A stretch of 64,000 nt of DNA from Bacteroidales bacterium (GCA_963662685.1 OY759745.1:2036478-2100477), one strand, 5' to 3'. Counted from the first letter of the stretch, positions 22,206-32,636 are shown. The notes: a model not told the origin generated them from the letters alone. Made by a program: numbers and translations.

Positions 22206-23570
22206 ATGGTAAAACCCGCTATTCCAAAAGGAACCCGTGATTTTTCAGCAGAAGAGATGAACAGACGGGAATACATCTTTGATACGATTAAGAGTGTTTT
22301 CCGTCTCTATGGTTATCAATCTATAGAGACTCCGGCCATGGAGAACCTGTCAACTCTTTTGGGTAAGTATGGAGATGAAGGCGACAAACTTCTTTTTAAG
22401 GTGCTTAATTCCGGAGATTATTTATCGGGTGTAGCTGACGAAGAACTTACTGGATGCGACCCGTCACAGTTATCGCTTAAATTTTGCGACAAGGGACTGA
22501 GATACGATCTTACCGTTCCGTTTGCCAGGTATGTTGTTCAGCACCGTAATGAAATAGTTTTTCCTTTCAGAAGGTACCAGATCCAACCGGTGTGGAGAGC
22601 GGACAGGCCGCAGAAGGGACGCTACAGGGAGTTTTTTCAATGTGATGCCGACGTAATTGGGAGCGATTCGCTGATTAACGAGTATGAACTCATAAAAATT
22701 ATAGATGAGGTATTTTCCCGTTTTGGTGTTCGTGTTGTCATTAATCTGAATAACAGGAAGGTATTGGCTGGCATAGCTGACTATATCGGACAAAAGGATA
22801 AAATTGTTGATATCACTGTCGCTATCGATAAACTGGATAAGATTGGCATGGAGGCGGTGAATCTTGAGCTAAAAGAGAGAGGACTTTCAGGGGAAGCTAT
22901 TGAAAAACTTCAACCTGTGTTGAGACTTGAAGGGGATTCCGGCACTAAACTGAAAATCCTGCGCAATCTTTTGTCATCTTTTGAAGATGGAACAAAAGGA
23001 GTGGAAGAGATAGCGACACTTTTCTCTTTACTGGAGAATGCCGGGCTGAGAAATAAAGTAGAGCTTGATCTTACTCTGGCCAGGGGTTTGAATTATTATA
23101 CAGGTGCCATAATAGAGGTAAAAGCAGTGGATGTGGAAATAGGAAGCATAAGCGGTGGCGGTCGTTACGATAATCTGACAGGCGTTTTCGGTCTGCAAGG
23201 TATATCGGGCGTAGGGGTGTCGTTCGGAGCGGACAGGATATATGATGTTCTTAATCAACTCGACCTTTTCGGTAAGGACACCGGGTTATCTACACAGGCT
23301 TTGGTTCTCAACTTTGGCGACAGGGAGTTGGGTTATGCTTTAAAAATTGTTGATACCCTCCGTAATCTGGGGATCAGAAGCGAATTATATCCGGATACGG
23401 TAAAGCTTAAAAAGCAGATGTCTTATGCCAACGCGAAGGGCATTCCGTATATTTTTATTGCCGGAGAGGATGAGATCACTAACGGAAAGGTCACCGTAAA
23501 GAATATGACCGACGGAAAACAGGATCAGATAGGGCTCAGTGAACTGGATAAATGGGCAAGTGAAGCTTAA
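22206..23570 (+). CDS. hisS: Histidine--tRNA ligase
   Basis: Class II motifs (PKGTRDF, FRYERPQ-like [20 protein letters not shown]). ATG at 22206 is preferred over the TTG at 22194. Confidence 0.95.
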   Translation: MVKPAIPKGTRDFSAEEMNRREYIFDTIKSVFRLYGYQSIETPAMENLSTLLGKYGDEGDKLLFKVLNSGDYLSGVADEELTGCDPSQLSLKFCDKGLRYDLTVPFARYVVQHRNEIVFPFRRYQIQPVWRADRPQKGRYREFFQCDADVIGSDSLINEYELIKIIDEVFSRFGVRVVINLNNRKVLAGIADYIGQKDKIVDITVAIDKLDKIGMEAVNLELKERGLSGEAIEKLQPVLRLEGDSGTKLKILRNLLSSFEDGTKGVEEIATLFSLLENAGLRNKVELDLTLARGLNYYTGAIIEVKAVDVEIGSISGGGRYDNLTGVFGLQGISGVGVSFGADRIYDVLNQLDLFGKDTGLSTQALVLNFGDRELGYALKIVDTLRNLGIRSELYPDTVKLKKQMSYANAKGIPYIFIAGEDEITNGKVTVKNMTDGKQDQIGLSELDKWASEA

Positions 23571-23582
23571 ACAACAGAGATT

Positions 23583-24680
23583 ATGTCATTACAATGCGGA
23601 ATAATAGGAATTACCAATGTCGGAAAAACGACAATTTTTAATTGTATTTCCAATACAAAGGGAGAGACCAGCTCGTATGCTTTCTCAGCTGTAAAGTCTA
23701 ATATTGGCGTGGTTCAGGTTCCTGATCCCCGTCTTTATGAACTCGAGAAATACCAGGAAACGGAGAAAATCGTTCCAACGACCGTTGAGATCGTAGATAT
23801 TCCAGGATTGGCCCGGGGCTCCAATAAAGGAGAGGGTGTTGGCAACAAGTTTTTGGCGGATATCCGGAATACTGATGCCCTGATACATGTGCTTCGTTGT
23901 TTTGACGATGAACTGCTTCCGCATGTAGATGGAAGCGTAGATCCGGTGAGGGATGTAGAGACACTCGACCTGGAGTTGCAGGTGAAGGATCTTGAAAGCG
24001 TGATGAAAAAAATAGAACGGCTGAACAGGGCGGCTAAAGTGGGCGATAAGGAGGCAGTAAAAGGGCTTGAGGTTCTGCACAGATACCGTGAGCATATAGA
24101 GGGATTTAATAATGCCAGAACCCTGGAGGTGAATGACAGCGACAAAAAATATGTGGACGACCTGTTTCTTCTGACCATGAAACCTGTCATGTTCGTATGT
24201 AATGTCGATGCCGGAGCCGCTGTAAGCGGTAACGTTTATGTAGATAAAGTCAAAGCTTTTCTTGAAGATTCTGATGCCGAGGTTTTGGTCATAGCTGGAG
24301 CTATTGAATCAGAGATAGCTGAACTTGAAAGTGCGGAAGACCGTATAGAGTTTTTACGGGACGCCGGGCTTGATGAACCGGGTGTGGATAAACTGGTAAG
24401 AGCAGCATATAAACTTTTGAATTTACAGACATTTTTTACCGTTGGCCCTAAAGAGATAAGAGCATGGACAATCAGGATCGGGATGACGGCACCGCAGGCT
24501 GCCGGCGTTATTCACAGCGATCTTGAGAGGGGGTTTATCCGGGCCGAGGTGATGAAATATAACGATTTTGTCACGTTGAAGTCCGAGCACGCCTGTAAAG
24601 AGGCCGGAAAACTGTTTGTGGAAGGAAAAAATTATGTCGTTGGGGATGGCGATATTCTCCATATCAGGTTTAACGTATAG
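23583..24680 (+). CDS. ychF: Redox-regulated ATPase YchF
   Basis: Has the G1 motif GIIGITNVGKTTIFN, a TGS-like C-terminus, and is 365 aa. Confidence 0.94.
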   Translation: MSLQCGIIGITNVGKTTIFNCISNTKGETSSYAFSAVKSNIGVVQVPDPRLYELEKYQETEKIVPTTVEIVDIPGLARGSNKGEGVGNKFLADIRNTDALIHVLRCFDDELLPHVDGSVDPVRDVETLDLELQVKDLESVMKKIERLNRAAKVGDKEAVKGLEVLHRYREHIEGFNNARTLEVNDSDKKYVDDLFLLTMKPVMFVCNVDAGAAVSGNVYVDKVKAFLEDSDAEVLVIAGAIESEIAELESAEDRIEFLRDAGLDEPGVDKLVRAAYKLLNLQTFFTVGPKEIRAWTIRIGMTAPQAAGVIHSDLERGFIRAEVMKYNDFVTLKSEHACKEAGKLFVEGKNYVVGDGDILHIRFNV

Positions 24681-24731
24681 AGTTTATAACGTCAACATAA
24701 ACTCTGGGCAAAGTTAACTGTTGCTTTCTGT

Positions 24732-26474
24732 TTGAAGAGAGGTTTTATATATGGCTTGATAGTGCTTTTTATCGTTATTTCCGGATTTGACGGTCATGAT
24801 GGTAAGGATGACGAACTCAGACGAATAGTCGGAGAATACGGGCAAGCCTATGTCTATGTTCCCATCAACTCGGTTGGTAGCCTGGAGCTACTTTCTATAG
24901 GTTTTTCAATAAGTAATGCCGATGATAAAAGGGTGGAGATATGCGTTTCTCCACTAACTCTGGAAAGTTTTGTGGCACTTGGCTACGATTATGAGATATC
25001 TCAACCGGTCGTGTCTAAATCAGTGGTTTCAGCGGAGACATTGGAAGAGGCCATGATGTGGAAGAGTTACCCCACTTACCGGCAATATCTTGATATTGTT
25101 GAACTCCTTGCTTCTGATTATCCAGATATATGTAAGGTTGATACCATCGGTTCTTCCATAAATGGAAGGAAAGTACTGGCGTTGAAAATATCGGATAACG
25201 CCGGTGACGACGAGAACGAACCGGAGGTATTTTACACATCCACCATGCATGGAGATGAGCTTGGAGGCTATGTGTTGATGCTCAGGCTGGCGGAATACTT
25301 ACTGAACAATTATGGTACAGATGCAGATGTTGACAGACTGGTTAATAGCCTGGAGATATATATTAACCCGTTGGCTAACCCTGATGGTACCTATTATCGC
25401 GGCGATACTATCACAACACCAATAAGATATAATGCCAACAGTTATGATCTGAACAGAAATTTTCCTCTCCTCGACGGAACAAATAGTCGTACCATGCAAA
25501 TTGAAACCGAGGAGATGATGGCGTTCATGAAAAGCAGGAAGTTTATGCTATCTGCTAACTTTCACGCCGGAGTTGAGGTTGTAAATTATCCGTGGGACAT
25601 ATGGACTATAAGACATGCCGACGATGACTGGTTTTATAATATAAGCAGACAATATGCCGACACGGCCCATGCTTATTCGTTGAGCAGTTATATGACATAC
25701 AGGGACAATGGTGTAACCAATGGACACGACTGGTATGAGGTTGAAGGGGGTAGACAGGACTATATAACCTATTTTCTTGGTGGCAGGGAGACAACCATAG
25801 AACTTGACAACACCAAACAGACGCCTGCTTCGGAGCTTGATTCACTATGGATAAGAAACCGTAAATCGTTACTCGACTACTTGGGGAACGCTCTTTATGG
25901 AGTCGTTGGTGAGGTCACTGATTCGGTAGCAGGAACTCCTCTGGGAGCCAGGGTCTTTGTGTTGAACCACGATAAGGACAGCTCCCACGTTTATAGTGAC
26001 ACTCTAACGGGAACATACAGAAGAATGCTGGCGCCCGGAAGCTATGAGATTCAGTTTTCAAGTGAAGGATACACTGATAAGAGCATGACGGTTGATCTGT
26101 CCCAATGGCAACTGATAAATCTTGATGTGCCACTGGTTCCCATAGGTTATGTTCCGGAACCAGAACCAGAACCAGAACCAGAGTCTCCTTATAGCGATGA
26201 ACTGGAACTCAATGACCTTCTTACCGTATTCCCGAATCCTGGAACGCCAGGTACCGGCTTAAAAGTATATATACCGACTGGTCTAAGGGGAAGAATAAGC
26301 TTATCGTTTTACAATATTGCAGGGGCTAAAATTCTTGGTTATCAAAAAACTGTTGAGGAGGAATCTGTAATGGATATAAATGCCGGCAATCTGCCTTCCG
26401 GGATATATTTGCTGGTGGTAGTTAACGAAACAACCGGACAATCGGCCGTTACGCGCATTATGATCATCGATTAA
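24732..26474 (+). CDS. M14-family zinc carboxypeptidase with a T9SS C-terminal sorting domain
   Basis: M14 motifs (STMHGDELGG, NPDG), a (PE)5 linker and a C-terminal region of about 80 aa (FPNP...GIYLLVV...) typical of T9SS CTDs. The start codon is TTG. Confidence 0.85.
   Translation: MKRGFIYGLIVLFIVISGFDGHDGKDDELRRIVGEYGQAYVYVPINSVGSLELLSIGFSISNADDKRVEICVSPLTLESFVALGYDYEISQPVVSKSVVSAETLEEAMMWKSYPTYRQYLDIVELLASDYPDICKVDTIGSSINGRKVLALKISDNAGDDENEPEVFYTSTMHGDELGGYVLMLRLAEYLLNNYGTDADVDRLVNSLEIYINPLANPDGTYYRGDTITTPIRYNANSYDLNRNFPLLDGTNSRTMQIETEEMMAFMKSRKFMLSANFHAGVEVVNYPWDIWTIRHADDDWFYNISRQYADTAHAYSLSSYMTYRDNGVTNGHDWYEVEGGRQDYITYFLGGRETTIELDNTKQTPASELDSLWIRNRKSLLDYLGNALYGVVGEVTDSVAGTPLGARVFVLNHDKDSSHVYSDTLTGTYRRMLAPGSYEIQFSSEGYTDKSMTVDLSQWQLINLDVPLVPIGYVPEPEPEPEPESPYSDELELNDLLTVFPNPGTPGTGLKVYIPTGLRGRISLSFYNIAGAKILGYQKTVEEESVMDINAGNLPSGIYLLVVVNETTGQSAVTRIMIID
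26154..26183 (+). repeat. Hexanucleotide microsatellite (GAACCA)x4 encoding a (Pro-Glu)5 linker
   Basis: The sequence CCGGAACCAGAACCAGAACCAGAACCAGAG is in frame within the carboxypeptidase gene. Confidence 0.9.
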
Positions 26475-26544
26475 AACTCTCATTATTGTTTGAGGCTACG
26501 CTGAAAAAAACTATTTTAGTCCCACATTTTAACCTTGATAAACT

Positions 26545-28212
26545 ATGGGAAGAAGAGGAGTCGGATTGTTAGGGATCATCCTGATGATTCAGTCGGTATT
26601 TGTAAATGTTAAAGGACAAACAGCATATATTCCACCGGAAAAGCCAAAGTTGGTTATAGGCATAGTAGTTGAGCAACTTCGTTATGATCATCTTGAACAG
26701 TACAGAAACCGTCTCGCGGAGAACGGAATCCGGCTTTTGCTGAATGAGGGAACATATTATCAGAACGCTTCCTATGAGTATATGCTCACCCAAAGTGCTC
26801 CGGGCCACGCCACTATTTCAACAGGCGCTGAGCCGTCGGTACACGGCATAACATCAGATAGCTGGTATGTATCGTTACGGAACGAGCTTATATATTCTAC
26901 AGCGGATAATTCGGAGGGCTCCGTAGGAGGTAGTTTTGAGTCCGGATTACGCTCTCCCGTAAATCTACTCGCTTCTACGTTTTCTGATGAACTGAAAATG
27001 GCCACTAACGGCCAGGCAAGGGTTTTTTCTGTAGGAATGAAAGATAATTCGGCGATTTTATCGGCCGGACATTCAGCTGATGCCGCATATTGGTACGATA
27101 ATTCTACCGGTACGTGGATGACAAGTACGTATTACAGGGATTCGTTACCCGACTGGATAAACGATTTTAACGCCTCTGGTTATAGCGATACATATCTTAA
27201 CGGTTCATGGACCCTTATCCGTCCCGTTGAGGATTATATTGATTGCGTGCCCGATTCCAACAGTTTTGAAGCCGGATTTGAAGGTGTTAACTATTTTCCG
27301 TACGACCTTAAGGACTTGAGTACCAAAAGAAAATTATTAACAAAAGAGAGAGATTATTCTTTGCTCGAAGAGGTTCCATTCGGTAATAGCCTTACCAATC
27401 AGTTCGCTATGAAGCTTATTGAAAAAGAGGAGTTGGGAGTTGATGATGTAACAGACTTCATAACAATTTGCTATTCAGCGACAGATAACATTGGTCATCG
27501 TTTCGGACCCTCCTCGTATGAAGTGGCCGATGCCGTTTACAGGCTGGATAAAGATATAGCGGAATTGCTGACGTTCCTGAACGATAAGATAGGCAAAAGA
27601 AATATACTGGTATATTTTACCGCTGCTCACGGTGTTTCGGAGATCCCGGATATCAGGGAGTCATACAGGATCCCTTCAGGTTACTTTATTCAGAATCAGG
27701 CGGTACAGCTTCTCAGGAGTTATCTGAACGTTTTGTACGGTGAGGGTAGCTGGGTCAAGGGATACTCCGAAAGACAGGTTTTTCTTAACAGGGAGTTCAT
27801 TGAGGACGCCAAAATCGATCTGGATGATATCAGGCAGAAAGTGGCCCGTTTCATGGTTCAGTTTACGGGCGTTGCTTCGGCCTATCCCTATTCGGCTTTT
27901 GAAACAAACGATTTTGTGGATGGTAATCTTTCGAGGATATCCAACAGTTTCAGTCCCAAACGTTCAGGCGACGTTATACTGATTCTCAATCCAGGCTGGG
28001 TGGAAAAAGAGGATGACCACGTTACCGAACATAACTCTCCTTATGAGTATGACACGCATGTTCCGCTGATTTGGTACGGGTGGAGCGCCAACAGGGCCAC
28101 GGTAACCAGGAAGGTAAATCTGACTGATATCGCGGCAACTCTCTCCTCTTTATTGAAAGTTCCGTATCCTAATGCCTGTACGGGGGAACCCCTTTTTGAG
28201 CTTTTCAGATAG
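26545..28212 (+). CDS. PafA-type alkaline phosphatase (nucleotide pyrophosphatase/phosphodiesterase superfamily)
   Basis: Signal peptide, then KPKLVIGIVVEQLRYDHL, S-A-P-G-H at the nucleophile region, TSTYY, VDDVTDFITICYSATDNIGHRFGP, KRSGDV and DTHVPL. These are collinear with my recollection of the PafA family. Confidence 0.8.
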   Translation: MGRRGVGLLGIILMIQSVFVNVKGQTAYIPPEKPKLVIGIVVEQLRYDHLEQYRNRLAENGIRLLLNEGTYYQNASYEYMLTQSAPGHATISTGAEPSVHGITSDSWYVSLRNELIYSTADNSEGSVGGSFESGLRSPVNLLASTFSDELKMATNGQARVFSVGMKDNSAILSAGHSADAAYWYDNSTGTWMTSTYYRDSLPDWINDFNASGYSDTYLNGSWTLIRPVEDYIDCVPDSNSFEAGFEGVNYFPYDLKDLSTKRKLLTKERDYSLLEEVPFGNSLTNQFAMKLIEKEELGVDDVTDFITICYSATDNIGHRFGPSSYEVADAVYRLDKDIAELLTFLNDKIGKRNILVYFTAAHGVSEIPDIRESYRIPSGYFIQNQAVQLLRSYLNVLYGEGSWVKGYSERQVFLNREFIEDAKIDLDDIRQKVARFMVQFTGVASAYPYSAFETNDFVDGNLSRISNSFSPKRSGDVILILNPGWVEKEDDHVTEHNSPYEYDTHVPLIWYGWSANRATVTRKVNLTDIAATLSSLLKVPYPNACTGEPLFELFR

Positions 28213-28915
28213 ACCGGTCTCTGATTTCGCAGGCTTGAGCTATAAACTCGGGATTTTTTTCACAGGCGTTGCCTATAACTATCATATCGGCTCCCGCATT
28301 GAAGATATCACTGATTTCCTGGCCATTTTTTATTCCACCACCAACAATAAGAGGTATCGCGATATTTACTCTGACAGATTCTATTGTTGACAAAGGGACA
28401 TGTCTGTCGGCTCCGCTTCCTGCCTCCAGATAGATTCCTTTAAGTCCAAGAAGTTCGCCCGCCAAAGCTGTTGCAACCGCTATATCTTCTTTATCCATCG
28501 GTATCGCTTCGGTTTGGCTTATATATTCAACAGACGTTTTTGATCCGCAGCCTATCAGCATATATCCGATGGGGAATGTTTTTTCTTTTACGTTTTTCAA
28601 ATAAGGAGCGGCAACTACATGATTTCCTATCAGCAGTTCCGGGTTTCTTCCCGATATGAGTGAAAGAAGCAAAATAATGTCGGCTTTCAGATCCAGTTGC
28701 AGCAGGTTTCCCGGAAAAAGAACAACAGGAATGGAACAACTGCTTTTTACCCTGGAAACAAGAGACTCCACTTTGTTGAATGTCAGACTGCCTCCTACCA
28801 TAATATAGTCTATCCTGCTTTGTGCCGCTAACTTCAACGTTTCTTCAAGTCTTTCCAACGACTTGTCCGGGTCCAGTAACAGTGCTATTGATCGTTTATG
28901 CGGGAAGCGTGTCAT
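28205..28915 (-). CDS. Geranylgeranylglyceryl/heptaprenylglyceryl phosphate synthase family protein (PcrB/GGGPS-like)
   Basis: Contains LLDPDK, IMVGGS, LFPG, LLSLISGRNPE and the C-terminal GGGI...V.GN pattern. Start taken at ATG 28915 (MTRFPHKR), which overlaps the upstream PPTase gene by 20 nt. Confidence 0.8.
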   Translation of the reverse strand: MTRFPHKRSIALLLDPDKSLERLEETLKLAAQSRIDYIMVGGSLTFNKVESLVSRVKSSCSIPVVLFPGNLLQLDLKADIILLLSLISGRNPELLIGNHVVAAPYLKNVKEKTFPIGYMLIGCGSKTSVEYISQTEAIPMDKEDIAVATALAGELLGLKGIYLEAGSGADRHVPLSTIESVRVNIAIPLIVGGGIKNGQEISDIFNAGADMIVIGNACEKNPEFIAQACEIRDRSI

Positions 28916-29552
28916 AATGTCTTTTTTTTGTCCACACAAGGGTATAGTTGTCAAATTTGCAGTAGTACAATTCAAATAACTCGTCCAGTTTTTTTGTGAC
29001 AACCCTCCCGTTAATGGTGCCTGAAGTTTTAACCTCGAAAGGTTCTATGGTAATACTGTTTTTTATGCTTATACCCTCTTTGTCGCATATCTTATATAGC
29101 GCTTCTTTAGCGCACCAGTGAATATAAAGGTGATACTTTCTGAAAAGATTGTTTTTTGTTATTACCTCTCTTTTGTTTATGAATTTGAAAGATATCCTGC
29201 CAATGTTGGTTCTCATTATCTCAAGATCAATACCCACCCGTTCCGATTTACTGCAAATTATTGCTGTAAGATTATGGGAGTGGGTAATACTGATGAACCT
29301 GGAACCGTCTTTAAGAAATGGCTTATTGTATTTGTTGTAGACTATCCTGGCATCTTTTCCAAGTAATTCCGCCAGTAATACCCTTACACTGAGGAATTCC
29401 AGTTTGCGCGAAGTGCTTTTAAAAGATCTGTATTTTTTTTTGTCAAAACTATCCAGATACACCATTCGTGCCATTGCCCTGATAGTTTCTTCTATTCTCC
29501 AGACTCCGATAATCGTATCTTCGTTTATATAATATTTTGTAATACAACTCAT
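28896..29552 (-). CDS. 4'-phosphopantetheinyl transferase superfamily protein (Sfp-type)
   Basis: Contains the GIDLE metal-binding motif and the WCAKEALYK motif. Confidence 0.85.
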   Translation of the reverse strand: MSCITKYYINEDTIIGVWRIEETIRAMARMVYLDSFDKKKYRSFKSTSRKLEFLSVRVLLAELLGKDARIVYNKYNKPFLKDGSRFISITHSHNLTAIICSKSERVGIDLEIMRTNIGRISFKFINKREVITKNNLFRKYHLYIHWCAKEALYKICDKEGISIKNSITIEPFEVKTSGTINGRVVTKKLDELFELYYCKFDNYTLVWTKKRHYDTLPA

Positions 29553-29568
29553 AATCCGTGATGTCTTT

Positions 29569-30162
29569 TCACTCTTGCCAGTTTAGGGTTTCTATCAGGT
29601 GTTCAATATCTTTTTTGAAAAAATCGATAACAGGCGCCAAAGAATCCTGGTTTGGAACGGCATCGAAATATAGGGAGCCCCTGAAAAAATTTGCTGTACT
29701 GTCGGTTACAAAGAACTGAACCGCGGTAGCGGTACTGCCTTTTAGACTGTATAGTATACCGTAAACATCTTTTTCGGGATCCGATATCAATTGTTCGTTT
29801 ATAGCATCGGCTTTTATGATATGGTTTTTTACGTTCATTTTGTAAGCCTGCTCCATTAGATCTCCGAGGTCGTTGTTTACCTTTTTATATGTAAAGTATA
29901 TTTTGGCTTTATACTCAGGAAAATCAACGTTGAACCAACCTGGTTCCATCTCAGAATCAGTAACGAAATCTATTTTACCATAGACGGGGAATTCAAAGCT
30001 GACAGGTAAAGTATTGTCGTTGGCGACAGCATCCTCAGTGGATATATATTCCTTATCAGGTAGGTCTATTCTGAAGTACCCTCTGGGTTTTGGCGACGGG
30101 ACTTCACCACACCCCAGCAACGTTGCCAACAAAAAAATATAGACCAGGAATTTACTCTTCAT
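29569..30162 (-). CDS. gldD: Gliding motility lipoprotein GldD
   Basis: Lipobox LLATLLGC, then PKPRGYFRIDLP. It lies immediately downstream of, and overlaps, the GldE-type gene, as in Flavobacterium. Confidence 0.8.
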   Translation of the reverse strand: MKSKFLVYIFLLATLLGCGEVPSPKPRGYFRIDLPDKEYISTEDAVANDNTLPVSFEFPVYGKIDFVTDSEMEPGWFNVDFPEYKAKIYFTYKKVNNDLGDLMEQAYKMNVKNHIIKADAINEQLISDPEKDVYGILYSLKGSTATAVQFFVTDSTANFFRGSLYFDAVPNQDSLAPVIDFFKKDIEHLIETLNWQE

Positions 30163-31519
30163 TTTGATGTCTCTCTCTTTTCTCTTTTTTTTCACTTTGT
30201 TCCTGCTGCTTTTCGAGTATTTTCATCCTTACCGACGTGATCCTTCTTTTGTCGGCTGCTTCAACAATAAATCTAAAATTTATGAAATCAACAACCTGTT
30301 TAACTTTTGGCATTTCGCCTGTTAGTTCCAGGATAAGACCGGCGAGGGTCTCGGATTGTCCCCTGATAAACTCAAAAGGATCTTCATCAAAATCAAGTAT
30401 TTCAACAAGATCGTCCATCAGTACTTTTCCCTTGAAAATATAATTATTATCGTCTAGCTTACGATATAGTATTTCATCTTCGTCACTCTCATCGGTTATG
30501 TCGCCTACTATCTCCTCAAGAATATCTTCGAGCGTTACTATTCCGGATGTCCCCCCATATTCATCAATGACTATAGCCATATGTATTTTTTTGATCTGAA
30601 GCTCTTTAAGTAAAATGTTTATTTTTTTTGTCTCAGGAACAAAATAGGGAGCGCGCAGCAGATCCTGCCATCTAAAGTCGGTTGATTTATCCATATAAGG
30701 AAGTATGTCTTTAGCGTACAGCACTCCCTTCACGTTATCAAATGTTTCCGAGTAGACAGGTATCCTTGAGAAACCGGACTCAATTATAACCGGAATAACC
30801 TCATTAAATCCATCGGCAATATCGATTGCCGTAACATCAATACGGGGACACATTATGGCGTTAACGTTTATGTTGCTGAAGTTTACCACCCCTTTAAGTA
30901 TCTTCTCATCCTCGTTGAGTTCATCCTGGGTATGTTCCAGGACTTCTGAAAGTTCGTCGATAATATTAGGTTTGAATACTCCGATCTTTTTTTTGATAAA
31001 AGTCAACGGTAAAGAGATAAGTGAGGCTGCCGGCTTTAACAGAAACATTAAGAACGCCAGGGGTAACGCCATCGTCTTTACAATACCTGAGTTGTTCCTT
31101 GACGCTAAAGCTTTTGGCAGTATCTCACCAAAAATCAGAAGAACAAATATTATGATAACTACGTACACTGTGTTACCAAGAGCCGGATAATTCGGTAAAA
31201 TCGTCAAGGTTTTGCATACGGAGAAAGAGAGAACGACAAAAATTATATTAGTCGTTGTATTTAAGATAAGTAAGGTAATCAACAGCTTGTCGGGTAATCC
31301 GTAAAGCCTGATTGCCGATTTAGATATAAACGTATCTTTTTCTTTTAGATCATCCAACTCCTCAGGTTTCATCGCGAAAAAAGCTACTTCCGATGCTGAA
31401 AAGAGGGCCGAGAAAAGCAGAAGAAGGGTAATAGCGATAATGATGCCCGCCGAATTGCCATCAAGAGTGTAAACAACTACTCTTGCATTAAAAAACAACT
31501 GAGAACAAAGAGGTTCCAA
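30152..31519 (-). CDS. gldE: Gliding motility-associated protein GldE (DUF21-CBS-CorC/HlyC family)
   Basis: N-terminal DUF21 TM domain, a CBS pair and a CorC_HlyC C-terminus. It forms the conserved pair with gldD. Confidence 0.8.
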   Translation of the reverse strand: MEPLCSQLFFNARVVVYTLDGNSAGIIIAITLLLLFSALFSASEVAFFAMKPEELDDLKEKDTFISKSAIRLYGLPDKLLITLLILNTTTNIIFVVLSFSVCKTLTILPNYPALGNTVYVVIIIFVLLIFGEILPKALASRNNSGIVKTMALPLAFLMFLLKPAASLISLPLTFIKKKIGVFKPNIIDELSEVLEHTQDELNEDEKILKGVVNFSNINVNAIMCPRIDVTAIDIADGFNEVIPVIIESGFSRIPVYSETFDNVKGVLYAKDILPYMDKSTDFRWQDLLRAPYFVPETKKINILLKELQIKKIHMAIVIDEYGGTSGIVTLEDILEEIVGDITDESDEDEILYRKLDDNNYIFKGKVLMDDLVEILDFDEDPFEFIRGQSETLAGLILELTGEMPKVKQVVDFINFRFIVEAADKRRITSVRMKILEKQQEQSEKKEKRERHQNEE

Positions 31520-31543
31520 TCAGATATTATCTTAGATTAATTA

Positions 31544-32041
31544 TCAGAACGGAAGGTCATCTTCAGGTGAACTTTCCGTTCCTTCAGGAAACGAGTTTAA
31601 AGGATCTTTCGAAAGATTGTCGCTTTGAGGCTTTATTCCTCCCTGCTGTGAGTAACCTTGCTGGCCGTATCCCCCTGATTCGCCCATTGAAGAACCATCG
31701 GTACCGTTTTCCGGTCTTTTGTCATATACATAAAAGGAATCGCCAATTATTTCAGTAATATATTTGTTTATCCCCTCTTTATCGACATATGACCGGGTTC
31801 TGATTTTACCGGAAATACAAACCAGATTACCTTTTTTGATGCTCTTTTCCGCTTCAATGGCCAACGCTCTCCACAAGACTATATTGTGCCATTCAGTTGA
31901 AGTAACTGTCTCTCCCTGCTGATTGGAGTACCCTTCACTGGTGGCAAGAGGAAAAGATGCCCTGACCGATGATTTGTCGAAATATTTGACAACAGGATCT
32001 TTTCCTACGTTACCCTCGAGAATTACTCTGTTGATAGACAT
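31544..32041 (-). CDS. ssb: Single-stranded DNA-binding protein
   Basis: OB fold (MSINRVILEGNVGKDP), a Gly/Gln-rich tail and the acidic tip DDLPF. ATG at 32041 is preferred over the TTG at 32050. Confidence 0.93.
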   Translation of the reverse strand: MSINRVILEGNVGKDPVVKYFDKSSVRASFPLATSEGYSNQQGETVTSTEWHNIVLWRALAIEAEKSIKKGNLVCISGKIRTRSYVDKEGINKYITEIIGDSFYVYDKRPENGTDGSSMGESGGYGQQGYSQQGGIKPQSDNLSKDPLNSFPEGTESSPEDDLPF

Positions 32042-32279
32042 ATTTTTCAAGTATTAAAATTAGAGTGTAAATTTACTAAATTATCATATTCATACAAACA
32101 TGATTATAAAAAACCGATCCGGAAATGAGCGCTTTTCTTCTGGTATTGGCCGTTTAAACTTTTTTTACCCTGGGGAAGATTTCGTTTTATATGGAACGTG
32201 ATTAATAAAGAGGTATGACCAGGTACGTTTTGATAAATTATTTTTATGTAACTGTTTATATTTTAATAAATAATATTCC

Positions 32280-32287
32280 TATATTTG
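32280..32287 (+). promoter_or_regulatory. Candidate -7 promoter box TATATTTG upstream of hup
   Basis: Matches the Bacteroidota TAnnTTTG consensus about 60 nt upstream of the ATG at 32347. The -33 element is poor. Confidence 0.4.
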
Positions 32288-32346
32288 CGGGGTTGAAAAT
32301 AAACAAGCAAAAAAATAATATGTTGAATTTTTAATCTTCATTTAAA

Positions 32347-32631
32347 ATGACAAAAGCAGACATCGTTAATGAAATTGCCAAATCTACTGGTATAGAAAAA
32401 GTTACAGTTCAAAAAACTGTTGAGGCCATGATGGAAACCGTTAAAGACTCAATGGTTGCCGGAAATAATGTTTATCTGAGAGGCTTTGGCAGCTTTATAG
32501 TAAAGAAAAGGGCGGAGAAAATAGCCAGAAACATTTCAAAAAATGTTCCTATTAAGATTGAGGAGCACTTTGTTCCGGCTTTCAAACCTTCCAAATCTTT
32601 CGTAAATAAAGTCAAATCATCAAATAAATAA
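32347..32631 (+). CDS. hup: HU family DNA-binding protein
   Basis: 94 aa with MTKADIVNEIA...LRGFGSF...FKPSK, a typical HU/IHF fold sequence. Confidence 0.92.
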   Translation: MTKADIVNEIAKSTGIEKVTVQKTVEAMMETVKDSMVAGNNVYLRGFGSFIVKKRAEKIARNISKNVPIKIEEHFVPAFKPSKSFVNKVKSSNK

Positions 32632-32636
32632 CCGTT

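Noticed and set aside
24679-24705. A 9-bp-stem hairpin (AGAGTTTAT/ATAAACTCT) overlapping the ychF stop codon, considered as a terminator.
   Set aside because: It is AT-rich, has no downstream T-tract, and lies only 27 nt before the next gene start. That is insufficient to call a terminator, though it may be a weak structure or chance.
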